Shown: positions 27,284-32,000 of the stretch, piece by piece
Layout of the letters: the number at the start of each line of letters is the position of its first letter
Numbering within the stretch: the stretch's first letter is position 1
Assembly (NCBI GenBank): GCA_031316235.1
Contig: JALDRA010000001.1
Location: forward strand, 4,050,001 to 4,082,000
Direction: 5' to 3'
DNA from: Candidatus Scalindua sp.
GTDB lineage: Bacteria; Planctomycetota; Brocadiia; Brocadiales; Scalinduaceae
Length of the DNA: 32,000 nt
Program-made: the position numbers and the translations under genes
Notes under the pieces: model-generated
The model's input: only the letters and a program-made list of their open reading frames with translations
Databases searched by the model: none
Told to the model about the DNA's origin: nothing

Positions 27284-28285
27284 CTACCACTTCCCGACCT
27301 TGATTTTATAGTATTCGGTACACCTGGCACAAACACCATCATGCGGTTCCCAGTCTGGAAAGTCCTCTTTTAACACTTTAACCATCTCTTCATCATTTGC
27401 CACCTCATCAAGCCACTCAAACGATGGAAATCCGCAGAGTGGACAGGTTGTACCAGGAAGTGGCCCTATCTTCTTCACCTCTTCTCCACCCTCATTGAGA
27501 TCATTTTCACCTTCAGCCAATGACAATACATTATTTATCTTTCTCGACAATTCAACAATTTTATCATGAGTTAAAGGCTCATCAACTCTCCAGAGTCTGG
27601 CAAAAATTTGCTCCTTGGTATCATCCGGAATTTTTTTAAAGAAGGTATCGAATTCTCTATTCCAGCTCTCCCTGGTTCCATGAGTCTCTTTCCCCATCTT
27701 TTCCAATCGACCATCGACATAGATATCCCAGAAAAGGCGGTACCTATCACGAATGATACGGTCTTCCATAGGAGAAGGGTGAAAATCCTCTACCTGATAA
27801 CCAAAACTCTTATCCATGATATCAGAAACATGCATGAGCTCGTGTCGCATCACCTTGGAAATCTCTTCACCGGTAAGAAAAAGCTCCGGGTATAGTCGGA
27901 CAATTACTTTCTTCCCTTCATCAACCACATTCGACCCCTCATTTTGCCGTGTTGTAGCCCTTCTCACATGCACCTCTTCAACAATCTCTTTAATGTCAGG
28001 AAACTCACCAAACACCTCAGCGACGTATCCATCAAATCCTAACAGCTTAAAGAACTCATTATCAAGCGCTCTGAATTTCTTCGGCCTCATTTCCGGCTCA
28101 AGCTCATAGATTGCATCCCTTTGTTTATGATAAGCGACATAGAGATCGTAATCACCGTTTTTCTCCCTCTCTGCCAGACCTTTGTAAACAATATCGTCAA
28201 CCAGCTGCGGGTCATACTTGATATCAAGCTCTCTCGGCTCTTTTTTCTCTTCCGTATTTGGCTCTTTCTCTTCAGTCTTAAGCAT
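27284..28285 (-). CDS. Uncharacterised cytoplasmic protein with HExxH motif and C-terminal CPxCGF...CxxC module (nxr-cluster accessory)
   Basis: HELMH at 27830-27844. C-terminal CPLCGFPSFEWLD...FPDWEPHDGVCARCTEYY. K/E-rich N-terminus. The track ORF extends to 28366, but the ATG at 28285 (MLKTEEK) overlaps the upstream stop by 8 nt and follows GAGGAAGAG. Confidence 0.6.
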   Translation of the reverse strand: MLKTEEKEPNTEEKKEPRELDIKYDPQLVDDIVYKGLAEREKNGDYDLYVAYHKQRDAIYELEPEMRPKKFRALDNEFFKLLGFDGYVAEVFGEFPDIKEIVEEVHVRRATTRQNEGSNVVDEGKKVIVRLYPELFLTGEEISKVMRHELMHVSDIMDKSFGYQVEDFHPSPMEDRIIRDRYRLFWDIYVDGRLEKMGKETHGTRESWNREFDTFFKKIPDDTKEQIFARLWRVDEPLTHDKIVELSRKINNVLSLAEGENDLNEGGEEVKKIGPLPGTTCPLCGFPSFEWLDEVANDEEMVKVLKEDFPDWEPHDGVCARCTEYYKIKVGKW

Positions 28286-29054
28286 ACTCTTCCTCATCCA
28301 TACAAGAGTCACACGCCATAGCGCTCTTACCTTCAAGCCTCTGCAGATAATCAGGCTCATTGCCATGAGATGCGTCTACCTCTTCGGTATCAATTTCAAG
28401 CTTCGTCATTTCAAGATGGATAAAAGTATTTGCCAACTCGGCAACATGACGGTAAAATTCTACCGGAGATTTTTTCGAAACTGTAATTGCAAAGGCACTT
28501 ATCCATCTTCCGATATGGGCCATCAGGAACTTTTTCTTCCCGGCAAGACACAGATCAAACTCATCTTTCCCATGGTTGTTTTCAATGGCATAGGCGAGTT
28601 TATACGTTATAAAGTGCATAAACTCTAACTCCACAGCAATATGGTCCCACCTGCTCGTTGAATCACCCTCGGCAATCTCCAAGCCATACGCCTTATAAAA
28701 GCCGGATATATCGGCAAGATCCTGAGTTTGCTGCCATATGTGTGAGCCGCTGAAATACATCTCAAAGGGTGGACAGTCCATGGCAACAGTAGAGCTCCCA
28801 AAAGTAGACCGAAACCCCTGGGCCAAAGTTTCAAGATCACTGCTCCGCAAACTCACCTTCAGCAACCTGAATGTTTCGGACAGCTCTCCGTTATCGCTCT
28901 TACCCAGACAACTTTCCACCTCGTCAAGGTACTCAGAGTCATTCACCAAATCGAACGTATTTTTATCAAGTTCAAAAAGACAGGTCGAAAGAAATTGATA
29001 CACCTGGCTCGCCGCCAGCAACTCTTCAACCTCTTCACTTTTATTGTTTTCCAT
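28278..29054 (-). CDS. TorD/NarJ/DmsD-family redox-enzyme maturation chaperone (NXR delta-like)
   Basis: 258 aa, helical, with N-terminal AASQVYQFLSTCLFELD typical of the family. Positioned between the nxrB and nxrA genes. AGGAG SD. Confidence 0.6.
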   Translation of the reverse strand: MENNKSEEVEELLAASQVYQFLSTCLFELDKNTFDLVNDSEYLDEVESCLGKSDNGELSETFRLLKVSLRSSDLETLAQGFRSTFGSSTVAMDCPPFEMYFSGSHIWQQTQDLADISGFYKAYGLEIAEGDSTSRWDHIAVELEFMHFITYKLAYAIENNHGKDEFDLCLAGKKKFLMAHIGRWISAFAITVSKKSPVEFYRHVAELANTFIHLEMTKLEIDTEEVDASHGNEPDYLQRLEGKSAMACDSCMDEEEYA

Positions 29055-29075
29055 AAAATACTCCTGATATCAGTA

Positions 29076-29678
29076 TCACTTCACATTTTTAAAGTAATCC
29101 TGCACATATTTTGACTTGTTATAACCAATTACATACTCATCGGTAGTTGAAGCGACCTTGCCGTCATACCAGGTTCCAGACGTTACTGTGTAATTTTCAA
29201 AACAGTTTCGGCAGATACCATCATCCTGAGTCCAGCTGGGATTATCTACCTGTATAGTCTTCAACGTTTTACTATCCATGAAACCGTTATCGAGCCAGAA
29301 GTAAGTGTCAAATCCGCAAATCGGGCAGGGGCTATGGTATTTATCTGCACTTAGATTGGCCGGTTCCTGATACGCTAACCTTGAATGCTTCTCAGTTTTC
29401 CGTATCCTGTTGACCCACCCTTTTTCCCCCTCAATCCAGAAGATATCGGTAAAATTCGGTGTACTGTTTTTCGTTTCTTCAGCGGGGAGCTCCTCAAATG
29501 AGTTCCAGGGAATATTCCCCGTATTTCTCTGATGGTATTTCGCATCGGTCGCAGGCTTAAATGCCTCAAACCCACCTTTCCATTCACCAGCAACAGAGTT
29601 TCCCGGACCGAAAGTGATCAAGCCCATCCCCACAAAGACAAATCCCACAAACAAACAAATATATTTCTGGTGTTTCAT
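29076..29678 (-). CDS. Uncharacterised exported/anchored protein with C-terminal CPxCGF...CxxC module (nxr-cluster accessory)
   Basis: Sec-type signal or anchor MKHQKYICLFVGFVFVGMGLITFG. C-terminal CPICGFDTYFWLD...NPSWTQDDGICRNCFENY is paralogous to the tail of the 333-aa protein. GGGAGGA SD. Confidence 0.6.
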   Translation of the reverse strand: MKHQKYICLFVGFVFVGMGLITFGPGNSVAGEWKGGFEAFKPATDAKYHQRNTGNIPWNSFEELPAEETKNSTPNFTDIFWIEGEKGWVNRIRKTEKHSRLAYQEPANLSADKYHSPCPICGFDTYFWLDNGFMDSKTLKTIQVDNPSWTQDDGICRNCFENYTVTSGTWYDGKVASTTDEYVIGYNKSKYVQDYFKNVK

Positions 29679-29731
29679 TTTCTATTATCCTCCCTTATCA
29701 CAAAACTAAAATATCAGTTTTATTTTGATCC

Positions 29732-30994
29732 TTAGTACGTAACCATCCTCTTTTCATCGCTTTCCCAGGTAGGCTCCTCAACCTGAACCCTCACCATCTC
29801 TGTCCCGTCCGATGCAAACCCTATAACAGTGTCGTTGTACACTTCGAACTTCCTGCCATCTACCTGAGTCTCATAAATCTTCTTTCCTTCCTCAATTTCA
29901 AATCTTGCAAACATGGTCTGCGTTGTCCTGAACAGCTGCAATACCGCCATCAATTCTCTTGAAGGCGTTGCATACTTTTCAAGCGCCTCCTCAACACCAG
30001 GTCCAAACATCTGGCGTAAATAGCTCCTCGGAGCCCACCGTGGCGGGATGTAATAAACGTTTGGTTCCGTACCAAATTGAGGATACAGCGGCAACGCTAC
30101 CCTATGAATATGGATCAACCAGTCCAGCGGATTCTTCGGATCCGGTTTTGTGTAGTCACCCGTCAGCAACCCGTTGAGCCTGATCTTCCCGACACAGGCA
30201 GCCATACATCTCGCCTCCATCCTTCTCCCCTTGGTTATGGGGTCCTTACCTTCAACTCGGGGATAACATGCAATGCACTTCTCTGAAATACGTGTTTCTC
30301 CCCTGTACATGGGTTTTTTGTATGGGCACTGCTCTACACACTTCCTGTACCCCCTGCATCGCTTCTGATCTATCAAGACAATCCCGTCCTCTTTCCTTTT
30401 ATAGATTGCCTTCCTTGGACAGGCTGCAAGGCAAGCTGGATAAGTGCAGTGGTTACAGATCCGTTGAAGATAGAAAAACCATCTCTTGTGCTCCGGAAGC
30501 TCAGATGACTCACTTGCCGCTTCCGTCTCATAGTTTGTCTTCTCACTTGATGCGGTATCTTCATAGATATTTGGAAATCTCCACTCCTTATCGTCCGGTA
30601 TATACCCAACTGCCACCTGATTGAGACCCTTTGTCTGGGCCAGCTCAAAGATCGTGTCGCTGTTATAAAGCCCATAAGGTGCAGCAACAGCGTCTTTGTC
30701 ATCATCAGACGTAAACCACTCCATCGGGTTATTACCATTATCCCACAGCAGCTGCAATATCTTATGATCCCAGAATTGCGGATAACCCCCATATGGCTTC
30801 GTTTCTACATTATTCCACCACATATACTCCTGCCCCTTACTATAGGTCCATGTACTTTTGTGGGCCATCGTACAGGTCTGACAGGCTATACACCTGTTGA
30901 TATTAAAAACAGCTGCAAATTGCTGTTTTGGTCTTGACTCAAAATATGGATACTCCATCTTCCTTCCAAGATGCCAATTGTGAACAAGCGTCAT
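29732..30994 (-). CDS. nxrB: Nitrite oxidoreductase / nitrate reductase beta (Fe-S) subunit
   Basis: NarH-type cluster motifs CIACQTCTMAHK, CNHCTYPACLAACP, CRGYRKCVEQCP, CIACYPRVE. 420 aa. AAGGAGGGG SD. Confidence 0.88.
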   Translation of the reverse strand: MTLVHNWHLGRKMEYPYFESRPKQQFAAVFNINRCIACQTCTMAHKSTWTYSKGQEYMWWNNVETKPYGGYPQFWDHKILQLLWDNGNNPMEWFTSDDDKDAVAAPYGLYNSDTIFELAQTKGLNQVAVGYIPDDKEWRFPNIYEDTASSEKTNYETEAASESSELPEHKRWFFYLQRICNHCTYPACLAACPRKAIYKRKEDGIVLIDQKRCRGYRKCVEQCPYKKPMYRGETRISEKCIACYPRVEGKDPITKGRRMEARCMAACVGKIRLNGLLTGDYTKPDPKNPLDWLIHIHRVALPLYPQFGTEPNVYYIPPRWAPRSYLRQMFGPGVEEALEKYATPSRELMAVLQLFRTTQTMFARFEIEEGKKIYETQVDGRKFEVYNDTVIGFASDGTEMVRVQVEEPTWESDEKRMVTY

Positions 30995-31056
30995 TATACC
31001 CCTCCTTAAAATCTATAATTTTTCGTCCATCTAGTATGTTTATTATAACATCTCTT

Positions 31057-31995
31057 TTATTCCAGATATTTCACCGTTTCCAGCTTAATAGGATTCCATC
31101 TTGTGCTGATTGATTTCTGACCGTTCCTGTCACCCTCTTCACCGTCCCAGACTGCAACATTAAAAAAAGTCTCCACCCCGGGTATAAACTGAACATCGCT
31201 AGTATCAGCAGTGACCAGGCTCCTGTACATAGTCACATTCCACCCATCACCATTCCAGTTACCTTGTCCCTGCACATCCTGATGCTCTTGTGTAGTCAGC
31301 GTACTGAACCCGATAGCGTTCAGATCTTCAACGGTAGTTCCTTTATTCGGCTGCGAAAGCAAATTCCCTGCAGCCCTTCCACCGGATATAAGTGGTATGC
31401 TGTGATACTCTTGATCGTGAAAATGCAAAGGATGAGTATGGAAATCATAATCGGTAAACATATCCGGATATTGATCTTCCATGTGCTCGAACCCACACTC
31501 TGAATCCAATTCTCTTTCCCAATCAGCTTTCCAGTGCCAGATATTCACAGGCTTCCCCCTGTCTCCCATCCTTGGACTAAACGGTGTGTCCGGCGAAATG
31601 GTAACAATATCCAGCGGAAACATCATGCCTACTGCATCGCGAAACAGATGGTCGGCAATAATTCGATCGTTTTTTGTTTTATCACTCCACTTGAAATTAA
31701 AAAATATCCTGTCACCATTGTGCACCCCTCTTACTTCCAGGGCACTTACCGTACCTCCTCCGTTAGGAAACGCCCTGTCCTGCATCTGCAGCTCAATCGT
31801 AAGAGGTTCGGATTGAGCAAATGCCTTATCAATCGAATCGAGATCAGCATTGATATATTTAACAACAAGCCCTTTCTCCCTCGGTATATTTTCCTCCACA
31901 GTTGCTTCTGAGTCCAACTCCTGTGAAAAAGCTCTATCATTTAAACTAAAAAACAGCGTGGCACCAGCGAACATACACAGGACAGATTTAAACAA
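31057..31995 (-). CDS. nxrC: Type II DMSO-reductase-family gamma (heme b, EbdC/SerC/DdhC-like) subunit
   Basis: Signal peptide MFKSVLCMFAGATLFFSLNDRAFSQ. FNFKWSD...FRDAVGMMFPLD and WHWKADW resemble the ethylbenzene-dehydrogenase gamma-like fold family. Immediately upstream of nxrB. Confidence 0.7.
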   Translation of the reverse strand: MFKSVLCMFAGATLFFSLNDRAFSQELDSEATVEENIPREKGLVVKYINADLDSIDKAFAQSEPLTIELQMQDRAFPNGGGTVSALEVRGVHNGDRIFFNFKWSDKTKNDRIIADHLFRDAVGMMFPLDIVTISPDTPFSPRMGDRGKPVNIWHWKADWERELDSECGFEHMEDQYPDMFTDYDFHTHPLHFHDQEYHSIPLISGGRAAGNLLSQPNKGTTVEDLNAIGFSTLTTQEHQDVQGQGNWNGDGWNVTMYRSLVTADTSDVQFIPGVETFFNVAVWDGEEGDRNGQKSISTRWNPIKLETVKYLE

Positions 31996-32000
31996 CAGTT

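Noticed and set aside
1-32000. Defence island, prophage, toxin-antitoxin or secondary-metabolite cluster
   Set aside because: I found no nucleases/helicases of defence type, no phage structural or integrase genes, no TA-sized gene pairs, and no PKS, NRPS or RiPP precursors. The content is respiratory, cofactor and housekeeping genes plus small non-autonomous repeats.

Overview
AT-rich bacterial chromosomal segment in which every confident gene except birA is on the minus strand. Left to right on the plus strand: (1) the 5' end of an NADH:quinone oxidoreductase operon, nuoA-B-C plus a truncated nuoD. (2) About 14 kb of mixed housekeeping and envelope genes: orphan ParA-like ATPase, trkA/trkH K+ uptake, a radical SAM enzyme, a secreted DUF4139-like protein, a membrane protein, birA, a coiled-coil lipoprotein, a Nudix hydrolase, a secreted gluzincin metalloprotease, a SAM methyltransferase and uvrC. 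(3) A cofactor-maturation block: moaC, moaA, an Mrp/ApbC Fe-S carrier ATPase, a NapF-like poly-ferredoxin and a B12-binding radical SAM enzyme. (4) A complete periplasmic-type (Tat-exported) nitrite oxidoreductase / nitrate reductase cluster transcribed nxrC-nxrB-orf200-torD/narJ-like-orf333-nxrA and closed by a strong hairpin terminator. Low GC together with this NXR type best fits an anammox planctomycete (Brocadiales-like), but that is inference only. Two things are not explained by the gene list. First, a modular 30-170 bp intergenic repeat family has eight copies between 2.8 and 16 kb and none in the NXR half. Second, the two uncharacterised proteins inside the nxr operon share a C-terminal CPxCGF...C-x2-C module, and one of them also carries an HExxH motif. 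A separate 159-bp MITE with 21-bp perfect terminal inverted repeats and a target-site duplication lies at 21.47-21.63 kb. No rRNA, tRNA, CRISPR array, intact transposase, prophage or recognisable defence genes were seen.
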